Below are positions 9,175 to 18,549 of a stretch of 27,461 bases of DNA, one piece after another. Every line of letters begins with the position of its first letter. Position 1 is the stretch's first letter. The notes beneath the pieces were generated by a model that was not told where the DNA came from, made no database searches, and saw nothing but the letters and a program-made list of their open reading frames with translations. Location of the stretch: the IMG/VR virus record IMGVR_UViG_3300008255_000397, positions 1-27,461 of that record, one strand, 5' to 3'. The position numbers were made by a program, and so were the translations under genes. Origin of the DNA: a virus (taxonomy: Duplodnaviria; Caudoviricetes).

Positions 9175-10365
9175 CTATCTTCCACTACGATTTTTTAAAT
9201 AGTCATAAGCATATCTATAAATATCATCTGCCGACTGTTTTGATATATATTCATTATCTAAAGCTGATTGAACAGCAGTTTTAACAGAGCCTATCTTTGT
9301 TCCTGATGTTATAGCTTGTGTAACATCGTTAAAAAGTGTAACTCTATTAGTTGTTTCGTTTTTTGCTTGTTCAGCTATACTAGCATTTTGAGATTGAATA
9401 GCTTTAGCTTTATCTATCGCTAGATTTTGCATATTTTGTTTATAAGATAAGTCATATTTAGACTTATCCATCCCAACATTTTGTAAATTTTGCTTAAAAG
9501 AAAGGTCATACTGAGCTTTATTTAAACCAACATTCTCTACATTTTGTCCATAGGCTAGACTTTGAGCTTCTCTAGCTCTTTGAATTGCACTCATGGCTGT
9601 AGCATAATTAGCCTTGATAAGCTTTTGATTCCCTTTATAAGTGTTCTCAACCTTTGCATCATAAAGGTTCTCATACCCAGTGTTAGCTAATCCAGCTTGT
9701 GAAAGTACATTTTTAGCAACTCTTTGTGATTGCATTTTAGCAACATACGCAGATTGAGCTTCCGTTGTATTAGCTTCATCATGCTCAGCTTGTTGCTCGT
9801 TTATTTGCTTAGTAGCTAAATCAAAATCTTGTTGAAGTTGCTTGAGTTGAAGAGTGTATTGTTGACTCCCTAAACCATAAGATTCTTCAAGCTGTTTTCG
9901 TTGTACTTCAAACTGATTCATCATTAACTGATACTCTTCACTTAATTGATTAGTAATAGCTTGATATTCAGCATTTATTTGAGATGAATTATTGCTATTA
10001 GTTGTTTGTGTGCTTCCACTTGGGCTACCTTTATCTCCAGTATCTTCATCAGGTTTAGCATCCAGTTTTCGTGTTGTTGCGTTCATACTGGAAACAGAAA
10101 GACTTGGTATTGATGATAACCCTTTAGTTGTTTTATTCATACTCGAAACAGAAAGCGTAGGAATAGGTGCTGACGGTGCGACTTTTACAGGTGCTAAATA
10201 TGGCGTAGGCGTTACCTTTGTTGTCGTTACATTACTTCTGATAGGGATGGCCGGTGTCGTTTTCGTCTTAACCATCGCTGAAATAGCATTTTGTAATGTT
10301 GTGGTGTTTGTATTTGTCTTTTTAAGATAATCAGTATTATTTGAACCTAAAGTCATTGTTGCCAT
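9175..10365 (-). CDS. Putative DNA ejection/pilot (internal virion) protein, coiled coil
   Basis: 396 aa with RBS AGGAG. T/P/S-rich N-terminus, Q/A-rich coiled coil and an LSQAGLANTGY motif. Lies between the tail genes and the giant protein, the usual position of podovirus ejection proteins. Confidence 0.6.
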   Translation of the reverse strand: MATMTLGSNNTDYLKKTNTNTTTLQNAISAMVKTKTTPAIPIRSNVTTTKVTPTPYLAPVKVAPSAPIPTLSVSSMNKTTKGLSSIPSLSVSSMNATTRKLDAKPDEDTGDKGSPSGSTQTTNSNNSSQINAEYQAITNQLSEEYQLMMNQFEVQRKQLEESYGLGSQQYTLQLKQLQQDFDLATKQINEQQAEHDEANTTEAQSAYVAKMQSQRVAKNVLSQAGLANTGYENLYDAKVENTYKGNQKLIKANYATAMSAIQRAREAQSLAYGQNVENVGLNKAQYDLSFKQNLQNVGMDKSKYDLSYKQNMQNLAIDKAKAIQSQNASIAEQAKNETTNRVTLFNDVTQAITSGTKIGSVKTAVQSALDNEYISKQSADDIYRYAYDYLKNRSGR

Positions 10366-10535
10366 GTTTAATCTCCTAGTTTAATTTTAATTCATTTACA
10401 AATAAACACAATTAAATCGTTGCGCTAATACAACGGTATTTACAATGGTACGCATATTGTTGCTAATTCAAGTATCTTAGGGAACATGAACACATAATAA
10501 TTACTTAGTAGTTCCCTAATGTATACTTCTATGCA

Positions 10536-10871
10536 CTAATTGCATTTAACCCAATCTTTTTGTTCTTCATTCCATACATAATTATTTTCATCATCTGGAT
10601 AGGGTATAGGACTTTCCCATTGACAAGTCAGTTCGTTTAATATCCAACTGTCAAAAGGTTTAGGTGGAATGAAAGCATCACGCTCATCATCATATGTGTA
10701 TCCAATCCCTGCATAGTTTTTTCTTAATGGTATACCACCTAATACATGTACCCCACCTGTTGTATTATATGATGTTTGTACCCATTTACCGTCTAATGAA
10801 CCAATAAATTCTTTTTCTGCAACAATTACTTGCGTAACGATATTATTTTCTATTTTTGCGTAATGTGCCAT
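10536..10871 (-). CDS. Conserved phage tail-fibre-associated protein (MAHYAK...WVQTSYN...RKNYAGIGYTYD family)
   Basis: 111 aa with RBS AGGAG. Carries the recognisable motif set WVQTSYNT, LRKNYAGIGYTYD, RDAFIPPKP, WESPIPYP, typically found next to Gly-rich fibre genes. Confidence 0.7.
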   Translation of the reverse strand: MAHYAKIENNIVTQVIVAEKEFIGSLDGKWVQTSYNTTGGVHVLGGIPLRKNYAGIGYTYDDERDAFIPPKPFDSWILNELTCQWESPIPYPDDENNYVWNEEQKDWVKCN

Positions 10872-10879
10872 GTTATCTC

Positions 10880-11815
10880 CTAACTTAATTTAACGATTGG
10901 ATATCTAATAATAACAATACCTGAACCACCATTTTTGCCTGTTCCCAAACCTGATGAAACACCACCTGACCCACCACCTGTATTATTTGAACCATTTGTA
11001 CCCTCCGCAAATATTCCCCTATTATTATCTATTGAACCATTACCACCTCCACCTAAACCACCAACACCCATGTTTGATGATGTCATGTTAATTTCATAAA
11101 CCATACACTGACCACCACCACCACCTGCATAATAATTTCCGTCTAACCATTGGTAACCATTTCCGCCATTGCCACCTTTTGTAGATGTAGCGGAAGAACC
11201 TGCAGAAGATTTCCCACCACCGCCACCATTTCCATTTGTTGTTGACGATTGACGAAAACCACTTCCGCCATTAGAACCTTGCCCTGTAGTACCTGCCCCA
11301 CCACTTCCTGCACCACTTGTATTATTTGAGCCACCACTGCCTGAGCCGCCTGTTCTTCCATATGCTTCGGAATATCCTGTGCTTCCTGCACCTCCTGAAC
11401 ATGAAATTCCTAATCCGCTCGAATTTCCACCCTCCCCACCTGCGGTTGTGTTTGTTCCAGCTCCACCAGCGCCTACAATTATTGAATATGTATTTTGAAT
11501 AATTGTTCCTGAACTATAAATTGTTCCACCTGCACCACCCCCAGAACTTCCCCTATATGCACCACCGCCACCACCAGCTACAACTATATAATCAACGCTT
11601 CCATCGGTTGTTCCTAAACTACTAACGACTAAATTAGCACTTGAATTGAAATAATGATACCTGTAATTACCACTGTCTACGATTGTCCCACCAGTAGCAA
11701 TAATAGGGCTCCAATTTTCCCAAACTAAGTTTGAACCTAAATATAATTTATCAACTTGATTTGAACCTATTTTTATATTATCCGTTAAATTTGAACCTAT
11801 TTTTAAATTGCTCAT
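10880..11815 (-). CDS. Glycine-rich tail fibre/receptor-binding protein
   Basis: 311 aa. N-terminal KIGSN repeats end in KLYLGSNLVW, followed by ATGG..YRYHYF..YIVVAGGGGG, YYAGGGGG and C-terminal GGSGIVIIRY, typical of the phage Gly-rich domain. Confidence 0.75.
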   Translation of the reverse strand: MSNLKIGSNLTDNIKIGSNQVDKLYLGSNLVWENWSPIIATGGTIVDSGNYRYHYFNSSANLVVSSLGTTDGSVDYIVVAGGGGGAYRGSSGGGAGGTIYSSGTIIQNTYSIIVGAGGAGTNTTAGGEGGNSSGLGISCSGGAGSTGYSEAYGRTGGSGSGGSNNTSGAGSGGAGTTGQGSNGGSGFRQSSTTNGNGGGGGKSSAGSSATSTKGGNGGNGYQWLDGNYYAGGGGGQCMVYEINMTSSNMGVGGLGGGGNGSIDNNRGIFAEGTNGSNNTGGGSGGVSSGLGTGKNGGSGIVIIRYPIVKLS

Positions 11816-11817
11816 AA

Positions 11818-13629
11818 TTATCCTACTATGAAATAAGCAGTGTTTGCATTTGGTGTGAGTGCGTCATATTCTACTTGCGTTATGTTTCTAATTTTATAAA
11901 TAGGATTCGTATCATCTTCTTCGTTGAGAATGAGTTTATCGCCATTTGAAGTAGGCTGATTTCCTGTAAATGCAGGACTTGATAGAGGTGCTTTTAAATC
12001 TAGCAGATTATCTGTTTCTGTTTCGGTGTAATATCTACCATCGTGAGTATGCCCATCATTTACTACACTAATAGGTGTAGTTACAGTACCATCTCCAGTT
12101 AAAGTAGCATCTGTAGAAACAACGCTTAATCCACTTGAAACAGGTATAGCAACTTTAGAAATCTTAGTTCCTTCTAGTTTCTCGATTGAATAGATAACCC
12201 AATCTGAAACACTTGCTTTGATGATGATTTTCCCAATAAATACATACTCTTGGAAAACAGCACTTTCTGTTCCTAGATTTAAACTACTAGGCGATAATGC
12301 TTGAATTATTGCTAAATTCGTTGATACTTGTTGTGGTTGAATGAATTGATACCTGAAAGATTGACTTCCTATATCACTTGTAACTGGCACAGCAATAACA
12401 AATACAGCACCGTAATCGTTGTTCCCAAAAGGTTGTTGCGACCATGTCCCAGCTGTATTTAGATTGTAATTCGCTTGTGCTGTTGTTTGTGGAACAATTT
12501 GCGTCTGAGCTAATGCTCGTGTTGAAACGACACTACCACTTAGATACATTTGTGTATAAGAAGCTGTTCCTAAAGCTAACAATCGTGTTATTAAATCTTC
12601 ATCTTTGATATAAGTATCTGAAATGAATGGTTGTTTTAGTGTTGTACTGTTGAGCGTAACATTGCTAAAATCGCCACCTGAATTTTTATAAGTTCCAATG
12701 GTGTCATGTAATTCTTGATGAACACTGTTAGGCATAAATCCATGAGTTTCTCTAATAGCAAACTTGTGTGTAGCCCCATATGCAATAGAAGCAATCATCA
12801 ACATGTCAAAAGTCCATGCAGTAGTATCAAATACAAATGAAGTACCATTGTAGTAAAGGTAGTATGCTCCAACTACATCAGCGTGTGCTGGACTTTCCCA
12901 TCCTGTAACTAATTCAGGTATAAGTACACCGTTGAAATAAGCTTCAAAAGTACCTGTAAGCGTAACTTTACGAGTAGTTGAATCGTAGGATACATCTATA
13001 TTTTCGTTATTAGTGAATCCTGTAGGTTCTTTTGTTGTTACTTTAAGTGTGTTAATAAATGCTTCGTGAGCTTCTAACGATAAACCAACTTCTTGTAAAG
13101 CACCTTCTACTTCAAGCGATGTATAGTAATTTCCTAAATCCGTAATAAGTGTTTGTACAGCTGTAGAAGCAAGTTCTCCTGTAGCACTCAAAGATACCTT
13201 CTTAGTCAGAGAATCAACGATGAGCGTGATGTTTAGCCCTGCTACAAGCTCAAATGTGTCTGTTTTTGTAGAAGCACTTATGGTAGTTGCTCCTACCTTT
13301 ACATTTGAGAACGCATTTTGATTGACTTCAGCACCGACTTCGATTCCATCAAGTTTGGTATTATCGTCAGCTGTGAATAGCTTGTTTGTAGTTCCATCTT
13401 CAATGTTATCGATATTATGGCTATGCCCATCAGTAACTCCACCAGCAAAAAGATTAGTTTCAATGAAGTCAATTAAATCATTGTAGTTAGGTATAACTTC
13501 TTTGCCAAGCTGGTCAAAACGAGCTTTTAACTGAGAAGCTGTTACACCATCTTCGTTAGGTCTATCTGAAAGTGAAGCAATATCCCTTCCTGAGTAAATT
13601 TCTGATACTTTGTAATCTGTAATTGCCAT
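11818..13629 (-). CDS. Tail fibre protein
   Basis: 603 aa. N-terminal LSDRPN..QLKARFD anchor, fibre motifs HSH, KLDGIE, VEGALQE, HTHDGRYYTETE and KAPLSSPAFTG, and C-terminal EYDAL..TAYFI. Confidence 0.75.
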   Translation of the reverse strand: MAITDYKVSEIYSGRDIASLSDRPNEDGVTASQLKARFDQLGKEVIPNYNDLIDFIETNLFAGGVTDGHSHNIDNIEDGTTNKLFTADDNTKLDGIEVGAEVNQNAFSNVKVGATTISASTKTDTFELVAGLNITLIVDSLTKKVSLSATGELASTAVQTLITDLGNYYTSLEVEGALQEVGLSLEAHEAFINTLKVTTKEPTGFTNNENIDVSYDSTTRKVTLTGTFEAYFNGVLIPELVTGWESPAHADVVGAYYLYYNGTSFVFDTTAWTFDMLMIASIAYGATHKFAIRETHGFMPNSVHQELHDTIGTYKNSGGDFSNVTLNSTTLKQPFISDTYIKDEDLITRLLALGTASYTQMYLSGSVVSTRALAQTQIVPQTTAQANYNLNTAGTWSQQPFGNNDYGAVFVIAVPVTSDIGSQSFRYQFIQPQQVSTNLAIIQALSPSSLNLGTESAVFQEYVFIGKIIIKASVSDWVIYSIEKLEGTKISKVAIPVSSGLSVVSTDATLTGDGTVTTPISVVNDGHTHDGRYYTETETDNLLDLKAPLSSPAFTGNQPTSNGDKLILNEEDDTNPIYKIRNITQVEYDALTPNANTAYFIVG

Positions 13630-13637
13630 GTGTTTAC

Positions 13638-16046
13638 CTACCCTTTATAAGTACTGTTTTGAGTGTACTTACCTGTTATTTCAAGCAATCCCATAGGATA
13701 GCCTTCTCTTGATTCGATTTTAAACTGGATGCTCATAAACTTCCTATCCTGACGGTTTGTTACAACGACCATAGGGTCTGTATCTGTCGAAAATGTGAAG
13801 CGAGAGAAATCTATTGTTGAGAAATCAAATATCCCATCATAACGCTCTTTTACAATACCTTGTGTGTTGTAGTATATCCTGATGCTTGTCATGGAATACT
13901 TTGCAAGGCGTACCCATAAATTTTTCAGTGTTTTCTTAATCGTTATGTCATTCATACTCATGACAGGCGTTGTCCAGTAAGCAAGTACTGGAACATAGAA
14001 TTTACCTGTTCCTGCAATAACTTCGTTCCATAAATAACTATCTGTTAAATCATGGAATCCTGTTTCGCTTGTATGTGCTTTTAAGCACACATAGTAAGTA
14101 GGTATCCCAGCTCCATCTGAAACAATAGCTTTTTTAGCATAAGCTGTTGCGTCTGCCCATGTAGTAGCTACCGTTGTAACTTCGTCATAATAAGGGTATG
14201 GGTCAGCATCATTCTTATAGCTCATCAATCTTCCATCTGCTGTTCCATAATAAAGCGTACCATCTGAAACGAGATGGGATGTAATTTCTAATCCTTCCCA
14301 GTAATACCAGTCATATTGAAATGATTCACTTACTGCCAAAGGTTCTGCATATTTGTTTCTTGGGTCTGCGATATAAATATTTTCGCCTACACAAAGAAAG
14401 TATTTGTTATCAAATATAAAGGAATATGCACTATCAATATAGACTTCACTCAATAAGCTTTTATTGATGTAAAAACTTCTATCTTGGATAGCTTGTGTTC
14501 CTGTTATATCGTTTGTAACCAAAGCGCTTACTCCATACTCACTGAGCCATAATTTATCATCTCTTAAAGAAGCAAAACTTGTTCCACTTAAAGCTCCTAC
14601 TCCTGTAACTCCTACTCGGATAGGGAATATAACTTCTCCATCGTTATCAAGTGAAGCACTTCTGATAAATATAGTAGGGTTATCTGCTATTTTCTTAGTA
14701 ACCGTTACAAGTTCGTTTCCACTCCTGAAGTAACCGATAATGGCTGAATCACTATTTCCTAGTTCAGAGAATCCATTCTCATCCATATAAACTTCAGTTA
14801 AATCATCATCTAGTGTGATTCTATAATCCTTGTTTACTTTGCCAAAATCTCCATCCCAACCATAAGCAACAAAAGCATAGTTGAAAGCTCCGTTATATCC
14901 AAAGTATTCAAACTGAGTCAGTCTTGAAAGCAATCTAACAGCTCCCCAATCGCTATCAAATCTGTAATCAGGAAAAGATGTGGGATATGTTATTTCAACA
15001 TTGTCTTCCCCAGCTACTGTAGGAACTGCTGGTGCTGTTGAAAGAGTAACTTGATTAACAGCTGATAGTGTATATGTTCCAGTATAAGCAACCCATTCTC
15101 CACTAGAGTTTTTGATTCTAATTCTGATACAAGCATCTGTTGTTTCGTTGTAAAAAGGAAGAGTGAATCCCCTTTGGTCTGTTCCTACGCTTCTTGTAAC
15201 GGTTGAATCTGCTAGTTTATAAATAGTTGAAGTTCCATCAGAAATGAATTTTTCACTCACAAATGCTGTAAGTAAGCTCTTTGATTCAAATGCTGTTTTT
15301 GATGTCCCATCTGGGCTTTTAGCAATATATGTTACAGGCATTTTAAGCTTAGATTGTGCCATAGGAATGTATCTAATATCCAGCATATACGACCAAAATG
15401 TAGGTGTTGATTCTACATCGCTAGTTCCACCACTATACGCATCTCCAAATGCGTTTGAATCTGTCATGTCTGCTTCTAATCCAAAACTTCCGATTGCACT
15501 TGTTTTATTGCTACCACGAACAAAATCAATAATGACTGATATTCCTGTTCCAGTAAGCATATAAGTGTACTGATTGATTCTCATAAGCTTAGAAGGGTAA
15601 TCCCCTGCATTGAAAGGCATTGAATTTCCTGTTGCTGTGGTTAGTTTTCTAATCAGCTCAATGTGTTGATAATCCCCATTTGCATCAATTTCGCCTAAGT
15701 TTAATTCAGTTCCGTTATGAACGACTATAAACTCTTTAGCAACATCGTAATATCTTTCTTGTAGATTATAAGACTCTGTAGATTCGTTATACCAGTAATA
15801 ATCTTCAAATCTTCTATAAGCATAGCTAATCTTGCTGATAGAATTTATTTTACCTGTGTATATCTTCTCTATTTTAGTCCCATATCGCTTATCTATAGAC
15901 CCTTGATAACCAGTAACAAGATTGATTGAATCAGGGCTTCTTTGGGCTGAAACTTCTGATTCATGAGTTGTAAAATCAACACCTAAAAAGTCTTTAAGTG
16001 TGAACTGTCTTGCGTTGTTTACTGAAGGGAACTCATGCTTCTTCAT
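13638..16046 (-). CDS. Tail nozzle/DNA stabilization protein (P22 gp10/T7 gp12-like) with CBM5/12-like insert
   Basis: 802 aa and beta-rich. N-terminal FLGVDFT..RSPDSIN..IDKRYG, WYYW..LYYGTADGRL and C-terminal QFKIES. Lies after the adaptor. Insert WADATAY..YYVCLKAHTS..LW. Confidence 0.7.
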   Translation of the reverse strand: MKKHEFPSVNNARQFTLKDFLGVDFTTHESEVSAQRSPDSINLVTGYQGSIDKRYGTKIEKIYTGKINSISKISYAYRRFEDYYWYNESTESYNLQERYYDVAKEFIVVHNGTELNLGEIDANGDYQHIELIRKLTTATGNSMPFNAGDYPSKLMRINQYTYMLTGTGISVIIDFVRGSNKTSAIGSFGLEADMTDSNAFGDAYSGGTSDVESTPTFWSYMLDIRYIPMAQSKLKMPVTYIAKSPDGTSKTAFESKSLLTAFVSEKFISDGTSTIYKLADSTVTRSVGTDQRGFTLPFYNETTDACIRIRIKNSSGEWVAYTGTYTLSAVNQVTLSTAPAVPTVAGEDNVEITYPTSFPDYRFDSDWGAVRLLSRLTQFEYFGYNGAFNYAFVAYGWDGDFGKVNKDYRITLDDDLTEVYMDENGFSELGNSDSAIIGYFRSGNELVTVTKKIADNPTIFIRSASLDNDGEVIFPIRVGVTGVGALSGTSFASLRDDKLWLSEYGVSALVTNDITGTQAIQDRSFYINKSLLSEVYIDSAYSFIFDNKYFLCVGENIYIADPRNKYAEPLAVSESFQYDWYYWEGLEITSHLVSDGTLYYGTADGRLMSYKNDADPYPYYDEVTTVATTWADATAYAKKAIVSDGAGIPTYYVCLKAHTSETGFHDLTDSYLWNEVIAGTGKFYVPVLAYWTTPVMSMNDITIKKTLKNLWVRLAKYSMTSIRIYYNTQGIVKERYDGIFDFSTIDFSRFTFSTDTDPMVVVTNRQDRKFMSIQFKIESREGYPMGLLEITGKYTQNSTYKG

Positions 16047-16435
16047 TCATCGCTCTCCAAAGAGAAGTAATCTGTAATATCGCTTGAAATATACTTCGAT
16101 TCTGATTGTTGATAACTTGCAAATCTATCTTCAAAGAATCCAGCTCTAAGCGTATCATCATCAGATAAAGCAAAAAGACCAGCAACACCCCATACAACGA
16201 CTTTTCTTAGGATATTATCTTGGTATGTTAATGTATCACTCAATGCTGTTACAGTAGGAATCTCTGTCAGAAGAGTAAGTCCTAAAGCTGTCCGATTGTT
16301 ATTTTCTAAGTTAAATGTTTGAGATAAAATGGTATTTAATTGTGGGATGTATGTGTCAACATAAGACCCAGCATTTGCTGATGTTATCCCCATGTTTCCT
16401 ACAACTAAAGTAAATAATTCCTGTGCTGTCATCAT
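16043..16435 (-). CDS. Putative head-to-tail adaptor protein
   Basis: 130 aa, helical, starting MTAQELF, with a GGGG-type RBS. Lies between capsid and nozzle and overlaps the nozzle start (ATGA). Confidence 0.55.
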   Translation of the reverse strand: MMTAQELFTLVVGNMGITSANAGSYVDTYIPQLNTILSQTFNLENNNRTALGLTLLTEIPTVTALSDTLTYQDNILRKVVVWGVAGLFALSDDDTLRAGFFEDRFASYQQSESKYISSDITDYFSLESDE

Positions 16436-16452
16436 GCACCCCTTTCAATGTT

Positions 16453-16575
16453 CTAACGAGCTTTTTTAGATGGTTTCTTTACTGTTGATGCTTTTCTTTT
16501 TACACCAAAACTAATATTTTTCTTAGGTGTAGCTTTAAGCTTCATGCTCCGACTGCCTTCAATATTCTTTTTCAT
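16453..16575 (-). CDS. Small highly basic peptide (40 aa), not in ORF track
   Basis: GAAAGGT RBS, ATG at 16575, TAG at 16453-16455. Sequence MKKNIEGSRSMKLKATPKKNISFGVKRKASTVKKPSKKAR. Fills the gap between the capsid terminator and the adaptor RBS. Confidence 0.7.
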   Translation of the reverse strand: MKKNIEGSRSMKLKATPKKNISFGVKRKASTVKKPSKKAR

Positions 16576-16590
16576 GGTTTACCTTTCATA

Positions 16591-16622
16591 AATAAGAAGG
16601 GTATGGCATAACACCATACCCT
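16591..16622 (-). terminator. Intrinsic terminator after major capsid gene
   Basis: Perfect 9-bp stem AGGGTATGG/CCATACCCT (16598-16606/16614-16622) followed by TCTTATTT on the minus strand. Confidence 0.75.
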
Positions 16623-16640
16623 ATTAAATTAGTGATAAAT

Positions 16641-17696
16641 CTATGCTGTATAAGTAGCTGAAACTACATCTGAATCGCACTTAGCATCTGTTCTTCCAAA
16701 CACTTTGATGGTAACACCATCGGTTAGAGTTACAGCGCCTGAGTAAATCGTTTTACTCATTGAATAGCGTGGGTCTGTCCCATCTGTAGTGTAATAGAAT
16801 GTTACTCCTGAAACTGCACCGACTGCATAAGAATCACCAGTAGGTGTGATAACAGGGTCAGCTGTTTTATTAGCTGTAAGAACACCAGCATAAACTGAAC
16901 CTTCTTTAGCGCCTAAAACGAAAGCGTCAAATTTTGAACGACCTTCAAGCACATTACCATCGATTCCAGCAACTTCATTAAGAATACGAAGTGTGCTGAT
17001 TTTCATAGGATAAAGAACGCCTTCAGGATTCCAAATTAAGAATTGTACGCCAGTAGGCATATAGGATGAAGGTACACGAACAATCTTAGCCATCATGAAT
17101 GTTCCAACAACCCCTTTAGGAAGGATTTGACTCGAAAGTGGGTCAGATGCTAGATATTCGCTTGATAAGCGTAGTTTGCTGTATTCATCTACAGGTAAAG
17201 CGATATAACGATTTTCACTTGGAACATTATGTTCATCAAGTTCTGCTAAACCAGCTTCAAGGAAACCTACGATTGTAGATTTTGAAGGTTCAGCAACAAC
17301 AACTGATTTGTGAGCTTTCCACGCCCATTGTTTAAGAGCATATTTATCTTCATAAGGAACGAGTTGTTCTTTGATTTGAAGATTCATCATATCCCCAGCA
17401 CCTTTGATATTCATTTGGTCTGTGGTATTCCCTTTATCAATGGTAATCGCAAAACTCTTATCTTGCGATAATGTAAGTTCTTGTACAGAATCTCCCATTT
17501 CAACAGGCGTACCGAAACGACTTGAACCTGACTTAGTATAATCACTAAGAGCTACCGTTTGTGGTGTGTAAACTCTGATGGTAGAAACACCTATGAAATC
17601 ATATTTCGTTGATGCTTTACCAGCTAGAAAAGATTCTTGATTCCATTTAGTAAGAATTTGTGGTTCATACTTTAATGCTAAATTGATACTTGCCAT
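16641..17696 (-). CDS. Major capsid protein (HK97 fold) with C-terminal Ig-like (Fn3-associated/CHB_HEX_C-like) domain
   Basis: 351 aa downstream of the scaffold, strong RBS AAGGAG. Motifs SDYTKSGSSRFG, ELTLSQDKSFAITID and EGRSKFDAFVL. C-terminal PVITP..FYYTTDGTDPR..IKVFG. Confidence 0.85.
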   Translation of the reverse strand: MASINLALKYEPQILTKWNQESFLAGKASTKYDFIGVSTIRVYTPQTVALSDYTKSGSSRFGTPVEMGDSVQELTLSQDKSFAITIDKGNTTDQMNIKGAGDMMNLQIKEQLVPYEDKYALKQWAWKAHKSVVVAEPSKSTIVGFLEAGLAELDEHNVPSENRYIALPVDEYSKLRLSSEYLASDPLSSQILPKGVVGTFMMAKIVRVPSSYMPTGVQFLIWNPEGVLYPMKISTLRILNEVAGIDGNVLEGRSKFDAFVLGAKEGSVYAGVLTANKTADPVITPTGDSYAVGAVSGVTFYYTTDGTDPRYSMSKTIYSGAVTLTDGVTIKVFGRTDAKCDSDVVSATYTA

Positions 17697-17716
17697 GATT
17701 TAATCTCCTTGTGTGG

Positions 17717-18511
17717 CTATTTGCCAAATAAACCTGATAGGAACGAGTCTTCTTTTTCTTCCTTAGTTTGACCTTTGAATGAACCTGTATCACGACTTTG
17801 AGCTTTTTTGTTCTGCTCTTCTACTCGTTTAGATTCATCTGCTAGATTCTTGAGATGCTTGGTATACGCAACTAATGGCGTTGACCCTTCACTCATGAAT
17901 TTTTGCATCTCTTCAGGAAAGTTTTCGACTTTTCCCCATTCTTTTGTTTCAGGGAAGGCATCAAACAGCTCTTTGAATTGGTTAGCTACATCTTCAACTT
18001 CTTTGACTTCAGGTGCAACTGCTTGTGCTTCTGTTGTCTTTTCAGTCTTAGCTTCTAACTCAGCCATTCTTCGTGCGTGTTCAGGTGTCATTCCTTCTGC
18101 TTCATATTGTCTTTGTTTATCTTCAATACGAGCATTTGCAAGATTAGTTTCAAGGGTCTTCACAAGGTCGTTTACATCTTTAAGCCCAGCTTCTTTAGCC
18201 ATTCTTTCGAGCGACTTCATTTGTTCTGAGTTCTTTATTGAATCTCTTTCTTGGACAACATGGTCATAGTTGCGACCTTTTTGCGCAAGGGTAGTCAATT
18301 CATCGATGCTGTACTCTTCTTCTTTACCGTTGTACTTAATCTTAAACTTCTCTGATGCTTTCGCATCTCCAGCTTCTGTTGATGTATCAGTTTCTTTAGA
18401 CCCTTCATCAGTAGTGGTGTTTGCACTCGTTTCATCTGCTGTAAAATCAGATGGACTAAATGCTAAATCGGTATTCGTTGATGCTTCTGCTTGATTGGTA
18501 TTTTCAGGCAT
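17717..18511 (-). CDS. Capsid scaffolding protein
   Basis: 264 aa. Acidic disordered N-terminus, IKYNGKEEE..LAQKGRNYD motif, coiled coils and C-terminal DSFLSGLFG. Lies between portal and capsid. Confidence 0.8.
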   Translation of the reverse strand: MPENTNQAEASTNTDLAFSPSDFTADETSANTTTDEGSKETDTSTEAGDAKASEKFKIKYNGKEEEYSIDELTTLAQKGRNYDHVVQERDSIKNSEQMKSLERMAKEAGLKDVNDLVKTLETNLANARIEDKQRQYEAEGMTPEHARRMAELEAKTEKTTEAQAVAPEVKEVEDVANQFKELFDAFPETKEWGKVENFPEEMQKFMSEGSTPLVAYTKHLKNLADESKRVEEQNKKAQSRDTGSFKGQTKEEKEDSFLSGLFGK

Positions 18512-18549
18512 GATTCAATCTCCTTCGACTATGGTTTGTCGTCATAATA

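Noticed and set aside
10366-13629. Diversity-generating retroelement or CRISPR mini-array near the fibre genes
   Set aside because: No reverse transcriptase, no template/variable repeat pair and no repeat-spacer periodicity seen. The 30-nt repeats are coding.
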